Source: a virus | Direction: 5' to 3' (one strand) | IMG/VR virus record: IMGVR_UViG_3300037116_000081 | Location: 21,925 to 85,924 of that record | Length of the DNA: 64,000 nucleotides | Part shown: positions 43,817-53,594 of the stretch, piece by piece | Numbering within the stretch: position 1 is the first letter of the stretch | Layout: each line of letters opens with the position of its first letter | Program-made: the position numbers and the translations under genes | Notes under the pieces: model-generated | The model's database searches: none | What the model was told of the DNA's origin: nothing | What the model saw: only the letters and a program-made list of their open reading frames with translations

Positions 43817-44232
43817 AGCTGGTACAACCTCACGGTCAACCTGGTTTGCTGCTTCTGCGAGTCCGACTCCACGCCGCCAGGTGTAATCGAATACTGCACG
43901 CCGTCCACGATGCACAGGTAGCGCTGAAGAACTTGCGGATACCAATCGTTCAACAGAATGTGCCGCTGCGAAGCTTCGAAGTTGTATTCCTGGGTTCGGC
44001 CGCCTTCCATCATCGCCTTGACCATGGAGACCGCCGCGATCATGCACGGAATGTCTACCAACCCCGCTACGTTCTCGTAGTCCGCGTCTGCCAGGTCTAC
44101 TTGACCCAGCGGATCGAGAACCGGAGTAGCGGCGCCGGCGCGATCCTGGAACGTGCAGAGCGATGGAAATAACCCAGTCACGACCGCGGCCGGCATCACA
44201 GCGTTGACCTCGTACAGTAACGATTGGTTCAC
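43813..44232 (-). CDS. head closure (stopper) protein
   Basis: Gene position; beta-rich; VDGVQYSI. Confidence 0.65.
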   Translation of the reverse strand: MNQSLLYEVNAVMPAAVVTGLFPSLCTFQDRAGAATPVLDPLGQVDLADADYENVAGLVDIPCMIAAVSMVKAMMEGGRTQEYNFEASQRHILLNDWYPQVLQRYLCIVDGVQYSITPGGVESDSQKQQTRLTVRLYQL

Positions 44233-44688
44233 GCGATCATCCCTCCGCTCTGCCGTTGAACCTGCTTCCAGAAACGGTCGCGGAATGACCATTCATCGTT
44301 AACCTGCTCAATGATCATGAACGCGCCGGAATTGTCCTCAACATCCCGGTACTCGCACGCCGTTGCACGAAGCTGAATCGAAGCATCCGAACTGTCGAGC
44401 TTCACATCCAGCAATTGCTTGATCGAAGCGAGCCGCGCCTTGTTGGCCGCGAGCGAATCGAGCAGCAGCGCCGAAACCCGGAGGTACGATACCGGACTGG
44501 TCGGAATATTCTGCCCCATCGGCGGGCTATAGAACTGGGCTGATTGAAATTGCGCCCCTTGGATCTGGTAAGCGCCGGTGATTTCAGAATCCTCGAAGAT
44601 GTGGTTCACATCCTGGGTGTCCGAGATCAGCAACCGCACGAAGTCGATCGTGTTGTTCGTGCCGTCACAATTATTGTAAGTGAACATC
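44229..44688 (-). CDS. head-tail adaptor
   Basis: FTY....IDFVRLLISDT....IFEDSEI motif; gene position. Confidence 0.75.
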
Positions 44689-44762
44689 AGGAAACCTAAA
44701 GCCAGCAGAACGCGCCCGCCACCTCCCCCGAGATTACCGAGCGCGTTCCACATAGCAACTCG

Positions 44763-46133
44763 TTACTGACCGAAGCTCGCGACGGTCGAACGTCCGTCGA
44801 TGTTGACTCCACCCATGACTCCGACAATTTTCATATCCTGGTCCATACTGTAGAAGTCGCCCATCATCGGATCGACGCCGCCGCCCATCCGCATGGTGTT
44901 CGGCACCTTCTGGAAAATCTGCGGAGTCTCGAACCCTTGCAAGAAGCCAACTTCGGTAGCGGGCCGGTTCTGAGAATTCGGATCAACCGTGATGCCCCAC
45001 ATTTTGTGCTGGACACCGGAAGCCGTACACACGATCGGGATGTAAGGGTCCATAACCAATTGCAGGTTTTGGACAATCCAGTTTCCGACTTTCACAGCCT
45101 GTGCCGGGAAGCCAGTCGCACCAGCTTGCGTACCACCCTGGACTGATACCGTGACTTCCAGCATCTTCATCAAGTTCATTGCGGTGGCGTAATAGGACGG
45201 CGGGTACCACAGAATCATCGTGCCAGTGATCAGGATCGGGTCACCTGTCGAGTCGCGCATTCCTGCCAAGATCGCGCAAGCATCCTGTAGCCCTTGGATC
45301 GAAAGAGGAGGATTGTCGGACGATGCGCCGTTGGCGAGGTTGATGAGGTTGCCGTAGCCGGAGTTGTACAGCGTGGCGTTTGGTCCATTCGCGTCAACGT
45401 AAAAGCCGGTGATGAACTTGCTGATCCCACGGTTGCCCTGGATCGCGAGACGATTCGAGAGATCCTTGAAAATCCCGAGATCGTCATTCACGAACGCGCG
45501 CCAGTTCACCGAGGTCATCGACTGATAGAGCAACGGCTGATACTGAATCGGCGCCGTCGAGGTGGCTGCGGTCGCTGGCACGGCTCCATCTTGCGGAGCC
45601 GGGCCAAACAGAGCTTTCTGCGGAGGCGGTGCCGCGGCATCCATGGCCGTGTAGGGAGTCACCGCGCCGTCAAGCAGGTAGCGCGAGACCAAACGGAAAT
45701 CTCGAAGCGTGTGGATCTTGACCAGCGATTTGTTGACGATCGGGTAGGCGTTGTAGAAGCCATAGTACATCCGATCCAGCACGTCCACATAGAGCGCCTG
45801 GTAATCGGTGACCGACATCGTTTCGCGCAATCCCAACTGCCGGCCTCCGGGGTCTCCATAGATGCCCGGATACTTCTCCATCAGGTGGCGCACGAAAACT
45901 TCGTTGCGCGGTTGAATCGCTTCCTTGATGAAGATCGGATCGATTCGCCCCGCGAGAGCATCGGCATAAAGCCGAGCCGCTTCGAGAACTCGCCGGTCAT
46001 GTCCCGGCCCGGCATTGCGCCGTGCGGCCGCGAAGCCTTGCATGGACTTGTCGTCAGCTACCGGCCCAGCCAGGACACTGGAGCTGTCGAACCCACGCCC
46101 AGCTTCGCTTGCAATCATTGTCATTTTCGACAT
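44763..46133 (-). CDS. major capsid protein (HK97 fold, Mu gpT-like)
   Basis: WRAFVNDDLG, LSIQGLQDA and EVGFLQGFETPQIF motifs. Confidence 0.88.
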   Translation of the reverse strand: MSKMTMIASEAGRGFDSSSVLAGPVADDKSMQGFAAARRNAGPGHDRRVLEAARLYADALAGRIDPIFIKEAIQPRNEVFVRHLMEKYPGIYGDPGGRQLGLRETMSVTDYQALYVDVLDRMYYGFYNAYPIVNKSLVKIHTLRDFRLVSRYLLDGAVTPYTAMDAAAPPPQKALFGPAPQDGAVPATAATSTAPIQYQPLLYQSMTSVNWRAFVNDDLGIFKDLSNRLAIQGNRGISKFITGFYVDANGPNATLYNSGYGNLINLANGASSDNPPLSIQGLQDACAILAGMRDSTGDPILITGTMILWYPPSYYATAMNLMKMLEVTVSVQGGTQAGATGFPAQAVKVGNWIVQNLQLVMDPYIPIVCTASGVQHKMWGITVDPNSQNRPATEVGFLQGFETPQIFQKVPNTMRMGGGVDPMMGDFYSMDQDMKIVGVMGGVNIDGRSTVASFGQ

Positions 46134-46138
46134 TGGTG

Positions 46139-46546
46139 TTAGCCTCCCGTCACAATCTCGACTACCGCTGTGGTGGAAGTCGTACCGCTGGTTACTGCCG
46201 GCGCGCTCGGATCAAGATTTCCGAAGAACGCGCCGCCGCTGGCAGCGTCGAGCGTGAACCCGTAAGTCACGTTCGTTGGGCCATCGGTTGTTCCGCCGTC
46301 CGCGTACACCTTGTCACCAGGATTGATCTGGTGGCCAGTTTGCGGAGACAACACCGTCGCTCCCACTACAGTGAGGTTAAAACTCCCGTTCAGCAGAAAC
46401 GTGGTGCCTCCGGTGTTGGCCTGGTAATTGTCCAACGCCACTGCCGGGATCTTGCCGAGCAGTACGGGTTGCCCTGCCACGATGCTCGAAGGACAAAGCG
46501 CAAAGCGCCGACTGGTCGGGGTTCCGGTAAATACTTGGTTCTTCAT
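46139..46546 (-). CDS. DUF2190-like head decoration/cement protein
   Basis: MKN.V..G, AGQPVLLG..PAVAL and GDKVY motifs. Confidence 0.8.
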   Translation of the reverse strand: MKNQVFTGTPTSRRFALCPSSIVAGQPVLLGKIPAVALDNYQANTGGTTFLLNGSFNLTVVGATVLSPQTGHQINPGDKVYADGGTTDGPTNVTYGFTLDAASGGAFFGNLDPSAPAVTSGTTSTTAVVEIVTGG

Positions 46547-48223
46547 TTAGGAAGCCCTCCCAGCTACCGCGAATTTCGCAGCTTCTTTGTTGCCCATCAG
46601 CTCTTCGAAAACACCGACCGATTCCTTAAAGGCTCGCTTGTCGGCTTTCCGTGCGGCCTTCTGATCGGCTTCGGTCATCTGCACAACCGGAGCGCCGCCC
46701 AAACCAGTGATCCGCCCCGCGCCGGTAAGCTCAGCGACATACTGACCCTCGGATTTGGCCTCAGCGTTCAGCCGTTCGGTGAACTTCGTCACGTCCAGCG
46801 CGCCGTCTTTCAACGGAAGCGCTTCGCGCAACACAGTCTCGATGACTTTGCGCTTGGACGATTCGGGGAGCGTGACGGATTCGAGAAGCTTGGTTGCTTC
46901 CTCCCGCGCATCGCCCTTCAATGCTCGCTCAGTGAGCGAGACAACAGGAGTTTGCACGGCAGCTAGCGCCGCGGTTACGGCTGCTGCTGTGGTGGTCTCC
47001 ACTAGCTTTTTGATTTCTTCGTCTGTCATAGTGCTCTCCTGTTGAGATTGCGGCTTAGCCGCCTCGGTCAAAATCATTCCACCGGCCCCAGCTCGCGTTA
47101 CGACATCCACGCTTTCGGCGCCGGTCAACTGTTTCAAGATCGGTACTCCGTCACGCATCTTGCCGGCTTCGGCTACTCCAGATGCTCGAATGCTCATGCC
47201 GGTAAAAGCTGCTTTCTCTTTCACGAGAGGAGCATAGTCGCTGGTGAACAGCGCGCTACCGTACAAGCCAGGTCCAGCTTTGCCGGCTTCATCGTAGTAG
47301 GCGTTCGACTCCAAAGCGCCCGCGAGTTTGTGCCAATCGCCTTCCGGCCGCGCCGATTCTTCCGCAGAGGTCGCATGGTTGATGTAGATGTGCGTGCCCT
47401 TCGTGAAAACGTTCGGCCCGTCGCGCTTCAAAACTTCGGCGGGATAGAAAGCTGAGGAACCTTTACCTGGAGCGATGAGCTTGATTGGCATCCGCACCGA
47501 GTCGCCAGCCGACTCGACCAGGTGCAACGCAGTTTCTTTTCTCCAATCGCTCGACTCGACAAGCTTCAGCGTGCCAGCCTCTGTGTGCGAAGTTTGGGAC
47601 TCGGTTGCGTCCGCTCCGTCTTGCCAAGCTTTGGGCAGGTATTTCGTCCAGCCCTTTTTCTTCGCAATCCGAATGATGCTCGACTTCAGCGAGTCGGTGC
47701 TCTTATTGTCCGAGCCAGCGCGCCCCATGGATCGCACAGCCGCCATCACATCCGCTGGTTTCAAGATTGGAAAGCTTTTGCCCTTGCCGGCGAAGTCCGA
47801 GGAGTCAGCGGCGTCACGTTCCGACTTCGCAATGAACCGCTCAGCGAAAAGCATCCGGCGCCCATCGTGATCCAACGCTTTCGCGCGCTTCGCCTCATCG
47901 GTTGACATCCCAACGTAATGATCTTCCTCGTCGGCTTCTTCGTCGTACACCGTCCGGGGAATCACATTGATGGCCTGGTCGTCGTCAATCGCCGTGGTGC
48001 GCTTGCCGTTCACCATTCCGATTTCATACGGAGCTTTCCAGGTGTCGGAATCGGCGTGGAAAACCACGTCGCCTGATTCATCGTCACCGTAGATGTCGCA
48101 CACGTAGCAGTACTCGCCTGGGAACATGTCGCGCAGCTCGTCCGAGAGCGCTGCGCAAATGTCTTTTTGGGAAAGTTCGAGAGCTTCCTGGAGAGCGAGC
48201 GCTTGGGTCCGGCTATACGCCAT
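46547..48223 (-). CDS. capsid maturation protease/scaffold with extra N-terminal domains
   Basis: LIAPGKGSSAFYPAEVL, YINH, GMSIRA and SVDVVTRAGAGG; internal DFAG...SFPI....DV.AA module. Confidence 0.82.
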   Translation of the reverse strand: MAYSRTQALALQEALELSQKDICAALSDELRDMFPGEYCYVCDIYGDDESGDVVFHADSDTWKAPYEIGMVNGKRTTAIDDDQAINVIPRTVYDEEADEEDHYVGMSTDEAKRAKALDHDGRRMLFAERFIAKSERDAADSSDFAGKGKSFPILKPADVMAAVRSMGRAGSDNKSTDSLKSSIIRIAKKKGWTKYLPKAWQDGADATESQTSHTEAGTLKLVESSDWRKETALHLVESAGDSVRMPIKLIAPGKGSSAFYPAEVLKRDGPNVFTKGTHIYINHATSAEESARPEGDWHKLAGALESNAYYDEAGKAGPGLYGSALFTSDYAPLVKEKAAFTGMSIRASGVAEAGKMRDGVPILKQLTGAESVDVVTRAGAGGMILTEAAKPQSQQESTMTDEEIKKLVETTTAAAVTAALAAVQTPVVSLTERALKGDAREEATKLLESVTLPESSKRKVIETVLREALPLKDGALDVTKFTERLNAEAKSEGQYVAELTGAGRITGLGGAPVVQMTEADQKAARKADKRAFKESVGVFEELMGNKEAAKFAVAGRAS

Positions 48224-48509
48224 AAGTCACGCTCACTTTGTCGCTCGATGTGCCGTACACGAAGACCTGATCGAGGTAGTAGCCTTGCTGGTCGAAGGCA
48301 CCGCGCGGCAGAGTTACTGAGGTGCCGGTCGGAACCACGATGCCACGCGCAGAGCCCACGTTTTTATCGCCTACCCGAATGCTTGTACCATTCGCGACGA
48401 TTGTAATCCAGATGGCTTTGATGCCCACGGGACCTAGCGCGGTAGCGACTCCGCCAGGGGTAATATCAGCTACAGTTCCCAGTTGCACGTTTTCATCATC
48501 TTGCGACAC
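48213..48509 (-). CDS. small beta-sandwich structural protein
   Basis: Coupled to the protease gene. Confidence 0.55.
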   Translation of the reverse strand: MSQDDENVQLGTVADITPGGVATALGPVGIKAIWITIVANGTSIRVGDKNVGSARGIVVPTGTSVTLPRGAFDQQGYYLDQVFVYGTSSDKVSVTYGV

Positions 48510-48625
48510 GCTACCCCTTGCGTACAAGCTTTGTTGCGCTACAATCTGAATGTGCTGGTTCTGGCGAAATTGGCAAACGCTACCTGGTCGCGACCGGTCA
48601 ACGCGACGAAAGGTGTACCACGATC

Positions 48626-48877
48626 ATGGTTGTAAAGGTTTCCGGTTCAAGCCCGGATAGCCAGCAAAAGAGCCGCGCCGCCTACTTCCGCCAACGCCGC
48701 GAAACACTTCGGAAAACACGCGGAATGCAGGAGAAGCGGCTATTTCAACAGGGTGTGGAAGCTTTGAGGAAAACAGCTATCGAGGTATTCCGAGGGATCG
48801 GATTAGGGGAGATGAACGGCTACACCGCAGCCGAAGTGGTCAAAGACCTGAAACTGGATGTTCCACGTGAAACGTAG
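48626..48877 (+). CDS. small basic counter-oriented protein
   Basis: Fills an otherwise empty gap; start uncertain. Confidence 0.45.
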   Translation: MVVKVSGSSPDSQQKSRAAYFRQRRETLRKTRGMQEKRLFQQGVEALRKTAIEVFRGIGLGEMNGYTAAEVVKDLKLDVPRET

Positions 48878-49736
48878 GCTTAAAGACTCTCGCAATATGC
48901 TGAGCCAGCGGAAAAGGAATCTTCGCGATTGCAGCAGAAGCAGCTTTACGGCCCGGTGATCTCGATGAGTACTTGTGTGTGAGACTTTCGGGATCGTGCC
49001 ACCATTCGCCGCCCTGCTTCGTGCCGGTGCTTTTCATCGCGTCTACGGCAGCGCCTTGGAAGCAACGGTTGGTATTCCCTTTGCCGTCGCGCCTCCATCC
49101 ACAATCACCAACTTTCATGGCTTGCCGGAGGGTGGGGATTGGCATCAGTGCTGGAAGATCGCCCCAAAGATAGTAGCTACCAAATTTCCACCGCGCCGCG
49201 CCAACCCACTTCTCAGCCCCGCGCACGTTCTCTACAATCAGCGGAATGTACCGCCCAGCCGCTTCCGATGCTTCCCGCTGCAATCGAAAGCACGTCTCAA
49301 ACAGCGTGTTATCCGGTGGCGCCTTCAGATGCTTTCTTCGCCAGATGGCCCACTCGGCCATGTCTTGCAATGTCATGCAGGGCGCGTCTCCGTCTTTACG
49401 TGCGTCCAGTGGCTTGTACTCCGGCAGTCTCCACCAACTCGGCTCCGGCAAGCCCACTTCTTCTGGCGTTAGAGCTTTCGACTGCTTCCACGGCATCGCT
49501 CGGTAGCTGTACGCCTGACATGGTGGGCTCGCCACGATCACATCAGCGTTGCGGAACTGCGAGCCGTGCAGCGTGGTAACGTCCTGCAAGACAAGTTGCC
49601 CTGGATACCCGCCAGTGCCGTAATCGTGGCGCTCAACATCAAACCCGATCACGTCCCAGCCTTCTGAGAGAAAGCCTTCCGCCCACCCACCGAGACCGCA
49701 GAACAGGTCAATCGCTAAAGGACGGATCTGGTTCAT
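48840..49736 (-). CDS. DNA cytosine-C5 methyltransferase-like protein
   Basis: IDLFCGLGG, ASPPCQ and ENV motifs. Confidence 0.85.
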   Translation of the reverse strand: MNQIRPLAIDLFCGLGGWAEGFLSEGWDVIGFDVERHDYGTGGYPGQLVLQDVTTLHGSQFRNADVIVASPPCQAYSYRAMPWKQSKALTPEEVGLPEPSWWRLPEYKPLDARKDGDAPCMTLQDMAEWAIWRRKHLKAPPDNTLFETCFRLQREASEAAGRYIPLIVENVRGAEKWVGAARWKFGSYYLWGDLPALMPIPTLRQAMKVGDCGWRRDGKGNTNRCFQGAAVDAMKSTGTKQGGEWWHDPESLTHKYSSRSPGRKAASAAIAKIPFPLAQHIARVFKPTFHVEHPVSGL

Positions 49737-50982
49737 AGCTGATTGAGCACCGACAATTCGGATGTGCGGGTGGCTCATCGTCTCCCGAATCAAACGGAGC
49801 TTCCGAGTCGATCGCTTCCATGTCGGCGTTGGCTTGGCAATCTTCGCAGGGATCGTCTTCCGTTTCCCAGGTCTTCAATACTGGCCCGTTGCCGCCGCGC
49901 CAGTCGTTTACGAAGTCCGCTGCGCCGCCGTGGTAAGCCTCCGACACTTCGTTGAGCGCCACGCTGTCAGCTCGCGAGTTTCCCGCCGCATCCGTTGTAG
50001 CCCATTCCTTGAACTGCGCCGCGACAAGTCCGAGAACCGCTGCGTGGGTCAGATCGCCGGCATAAGATCTGCTGATTGTGTCGCCCAATTGCTTTTGGGT
50101 CGTATCGTCCAGCTCGTCCTCGAGGTCCGTCACCGTTCTGGCGACTCCAGGAAGCGTCGGCAACGTTGGCTTAGCTTTCGCTTCCCGAGGTTTCGGCAGT
50201 TGCGCCTGGGCCAGCAGCGCGCCACTATCGTAGGCTTTAGCGACTACCGCTGCGTACATCCGGGAAAGGTTCGCATCCCGAATATGGAGCGCCGATCGCC
50301 AGTTATCCAAGCCGGCCGCTTTGATCGCCTTGGCCTGCTTTTTGAATCGCCCAACAACGGCTCTCTTGAGCTTCGCGACCAGCGGATCAATCACTTTGGC
50401 TCTGCTCGCGCGCCGCAAGTTCTCGGTGAGTTCCAAAGCTCCATCGGCTACCGCTTCCTCAGCCGCGCCTTCTCGAAGCTGCATGGCCAGCTTGGGAGTC
50501 AAGAACCAGCGAAAGCCGGTCAACGCCTCGTCACCTTCGATCACTTCCTTGTGATCGGTATTCACCATTGCCATCGAGCCGTGCGAGAAAAGATTGTGTC
50601 CAGCGTCGAATCCGAAACAGATCGCCGCGAGCATCGGCATTATGAGCGGATCGTGGGTCACGATCAGCACGCGGTAAGGATGCTCGGGATCTTCGTCCAC
50701 TCCGACACTGCGCACGATCCTACGCCACGCGTCGTTTGGGTTCCCATCAGGCTCCAACTGCGGAAATTCATACAGCGGCTCTTCGTCGGTCACTTCCACC
50801 ACGGTGTCAAACGCTCGCTCGAACGGACTACTGAACGTGAAGTCGAACTTCACTCCGAGGTCCTTCAGGTACTTTCGGATTGCCTTGCACTGCTCTTTCC
50901 CTAAATCAGTGAGTGTGCGATTCGGGTCCATCTGCGCGCCTGGTGTGCAGTGCGCATGACGCATCAAATAATATTTCGGCAC
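49708..50982 (-). CDS. SixA-like histidine phosphatase fused to a MuF-like minor head protein
   Basis: N-terminal YLMRHA, R.LT..G, SSPFERA..T, VLIVTH.P; C-terminal KTW...CEDC...PPAHPNCRC. Confidence 0.85.
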   Translation of the reverse strand: MPKYYLMRHAHCTPGAQMDPNRTLTDLGKEQCKAIRKYLKDLGVKFDFTFSSPFERAFDTVVEVTDEEPLYEFPQLEPDGNPNDAWRRIVRSVGVDEDPEHPYRVLIVTHDPLIMPMLAAICFGFDAGHNLFSHGSMAMVNTDHKEVIEGDEALTGFRWFLTPKLAMQLREGAAEEAVADGALELTENLRRASRAKVIDPLVAKLKRAVVGRFKKQAKAIKAAGLDNWRSALHIRDANLSRMYAAVVAKAYDSGALLAQAQLPKPREAKAKPTLPTLPGVARTVTDLEDELDDTTQKQLGDTISRSYAGDLTHAAVLGLVAAQFKEWATTDAAGNSRADSVALNEVSEAYHGGAADFVNDWRGGNGPVLKTWETEDDPCEDCQANADMEAIDSEAPFDSGDDEPPAHPNCRCSISYEPDPSFSD

Positions 50983-50988
50983 GTTCGG

Positions 50989-51019
50989 ATGTTACCGTGT
51001 CCCGCGTAGTTGCGCAAGT
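50989..51019 (-). promoter_or_regulatory. promoter/operator TTGCGC-17-TAACAT, leaderless
   Basis: GTG start 6 nt downstream of the -10 box. Confidence 0.8.
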
Positions 51020-51132
51020 ACTAAAGTTCTAGTTCTTAGACTCCCACACCAGTACCGGCCCGCGATTCGTCCACCACACCGTTGCCAGAAGTGTGCTGCA
51101 AAGATATTGCTCGCGGCGTGCAAAAAGTAGTT

Positions 51133-51324
51133 TCATAACCTCAGCATCTCGATGGTGGGGTACTGGCTCCAGTGCTTCACCGCTCCGCTGTAAATCTTCG
51201 GCTCCCACGCCATTCCGCATTCCGGACACTCAAAACTCTTTAGCTCCGGGTTCGCCTCAGCAGCTTCAGTAAGCGCGTGATTGCAGCACAGTTCCGAATC
51301 TTCCTCGAAGGTTTGCAGCATCAC
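51133..51324 (-). CDS. small Zn-ribbon protein
   Basis: CC...CPECG..W. Confidence 0.55.
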   Translation of the reverse strand: MMLQTFEEDSELCCNHALTEAAEANPELKSFECPECGMAWEPKIYSGAVKHWSQYPTIEMLRL

Positions 51325-51605
51325 GCCCCTGGTGGAAAGTCACCTTGATTGTAGTCCAGTAGTTTAAGCCAGACGTGCCAGCCACAGCCGCCGCCCGCCC
51401 ACCCTTGCACCGGAATCGCCTCAGTAGCGTGATAGTACGAAGCCGTTACCGTTCCATCCGCGTGAACGTGATGAGCCGCTGCCGTGTTTCTCTGGCCACA
51501 CCGGCAAACGATGATCGGTCGGCAAACTTTCCCGTCCCATGTGTGCGGTATCCAGCACGGCCCCGGAGTGCTGTAGTTACCTCTCGGGATTTCAGTGAGC
51601 ATCAT
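51321..51605 (-). CDS. small Cys/His protein (DUF6527-like)
   Basis: CRCG...H.V..DGTVTAS...CGWH. Confidence 0.6.
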   Translation of the reverse strand: MMLTEIPRGNYSTPGPCWIPHTWDGKVCRPIIVCRCGQRNTAAAHHVHADGTVTASYYHATEAIPVQGWAGGGCGWHVWLKLLDYNQGDFPPGA

Positions 51606-53584
51606 TTCCCGTTGACCGTCTCGTAAGCTTCCAGCGCGCCTTTCAGCTTGCTAAACGCCTCTTTGGTCGTAGCCCTCGGTTGCTGGCCCGGTTGCGGAAT
51701 GGCTGCCTGTTGCGGTGGTGGATCTATCCCGCCTGGCGCTTGCGGTGCGCCTCCAGGATCAGGCAACGCTTTCATGATCGGCGCCGGTAACGGTTCCTTC
51801 GTCCGGTCAGGATCGTACTCATCCTCGGGATACTGCTCTTCGGTCAACTCGTCGCCATTCTCCATCCCGAGCAATTCGTAGAGCCTTCGGACGCCCGCCT
51901 TCTCGTCAATGCCGACTACCTGCCCGCCTTTGTTGCCCAGCGTCATTGCGTCTGTCGTAGCCGTGATGAGCTGCGGGATGTCGCCCTCTCGAATCGCCGG
52001 AAAGCTCACCTTGACTTCAATCAAGTTCTTCTTTTTGGCGTCTGGATCAGCTTCCCACACCCACTGGCCGCGCTCGTTCTGGTAGCGCTTCATCTCAACG
52101 ATGCGTAACTTGACGCCGCCCGCCGCTTCTTTCAGCTTGCCGCCCGCCGCGCCGCTCGAAATCTTAAGCACGTATTTGGCGATGATCGTCAGATCCTCAC
52201 GCCATTCTTCCTGGAAAGCAAGAAATACCAACTCGGTCGGGCGATCCAACGTCGTCGCCGTCGCGAGGTTCCCGGTTGACACATCGCCGAGAAACGTTTC
52301 AGGAACGCCCTTGGTCATGCAGCACATCAGCTTATATTGCCTTACGTCTTCTGGATCACCTCCCCCACCCCGTGTGTTGAAAGCTTGCAAAGTAGTTCCC
52401 GGCCCGCTCGCGAAGATCGAAGCGTTTACTGCAGTTGGGTTCGTGTCCCAGATCGCGGCCGATGGCCCAACGGTTGTGCTCAATTGCTGCTTGGCGCCTT
52501 CCATGGCCTGCTGTCCACCCTTGGTAGTCAACGTAGCTACAATCTGAGCGAGCGATAGCCTGACGGTCATGCAGGCTTCAAGGAAGCGCCTCGCAGCGCG
52601 CGCCCAGTCGATTGCCGGGTACATCCTCGGACAGCCGAAAGTCCACTTGGCGACGTCGCCGCACTTGCGGTGATGCACCGGCGTGTCCCACATCACTGGG
52701 ATGCTATTGAAGCTCGCAGGCTTCGCGGTTGGCTCGTAGTTGAGCGCCGGGTAGTAAGCTTTTTGGCTCTTGAAATCCCAAATGCCGTTTGCTTCGTTCC
52801 AGAACTTCTGACTCCACACGCGAAGGAAATACCACTCAGTGTCCGAATCGTCCGGGTCTGAAACGATTTCCTGCATCTCGGTTGCGTCAATCGTGCGAAG
52901 CTTCACTTTGCCGGTGTTCACCTTGTCAGGAAAGAACGCGAAGAAGAGATTGCCGTCGTAGTCCTTCATTCTTTCCATCTTGGCCAAGCCGACTTGACCA
53001 AGGACAGCCGCGTTGTCTTCCCGGAACTCTTTCAGCACTTCATTGGCGGTTTCGTTTGTGCTCGACATCTCGACGCCACGCCCGAACACGTACGCCGCGC
53101 AAACATCGATCAGTCGGCGAAGGATCGGGTTCTTGATGTAGTAGAGCCGTGAAATCAGGATGATTTGCTGAATGCCCCATCGTGTGAATTCGAGCCACGA
53201 TAGATTGATCTGGCGTTGCCAATCCACGTTTTGAAGTGCCAACTCGATGTCTCCGAAAGCCCCTTGTGAGATTTGCGGGACACCTTCTCTCAACGGCACC
53301 GCGGATTCCTGAGCCATCGCCTGTTGAGCGCTCGCGATCAGACGATTACTTTGCTGGACTACTTCCTGTGAAATCTTCCACGGTCCCGAACCGGACATTC
53401 GTACAGCCTCAACCATCTCAGCAATGAGTTCCGCGCCGGCCTCACGTCGCTCGCGTTGCTTGGCGTCGAGCTCGATGTAGGCTTCAGCGATCGCACGCTC
53501 ACGAGCAGAAAGCGGAGGTTCAGGCTTTTGAGGAGAGAGGCGAAGGTAGAGCCGTTTGAGGAGAGCTAGAAACCATCGGCGCAT
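51602..53584 (-). CDS. portal protein
   Basis: 660 aa upstream of MuF; YYIKNP, DGNLF and GVPETFLGD.STGNLATA motifs. Confidence 0.88.
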   Translation of the reverse strand: MRRWFLALLKRLYLRLSPQKPEPPLSARERAIAEAYIELDAKQRERREAGAELIAEMVEAVRMSGSGPWKISQEVVQQSNRLIASAQQAMAQESAVPLREGVPQISQGAFGDIELALQNVDWQRQINLSWLEFTRWGIQQIILISRLYYIKNPILRRLIDVCAAYVFGRGVEMSSTNETANEVLKEFREDNAAVLGQVGLAKMERMKDYDGNLFFAFFPDKVNTGKVKLRTIDATEMQEIVSDPDDSDTEWYFLRVWSQKFWNEANGIWDFKSQKAYYPALNYEPTAKPASFNSIPVMWDTPVHHRKCGDVAKWTFGCPRMYPAIDWARAARRFLEACMTVRLSLAQIVATLTTKGGQQAMEGAKQQLSTTVGPSAAIWDTNPTAVNASIFASGPGTTLQAFNTRGGGGDPEDVRQYKLMCCMTKGVPETFLGDVSTGNLATATTLDRPTELVFLAFQEEWREDLTIIAKYVLKISSGAAGGKLKEAAGGVKLRIVEMKRYQNERGQWVWEADPDAKKKNLIEVKVSFPAIREGDIPQLITATTDAMTLGNKGGQVVGIDEKAGVRRLYELLGMENGDELTEEQYPEDEYDPDRTKEPLPAPIMKALPDPGGAPQAPGGIDPPPQQAAIPQPGQQPRATTKEAFSKLKGALEAYETVNGK

Positions 53585-53594
53585 TTACCGGGAA

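Noticed and set aside
45294-46966. Long plus-strand ORFs opposite capsid genes (also 49762-50904, 37224-38042, 32677-33486)
   Set aside because: These are antisense shadows of well-supported minus-strand genes in GC-rich DNA, with no recognisable motifs.
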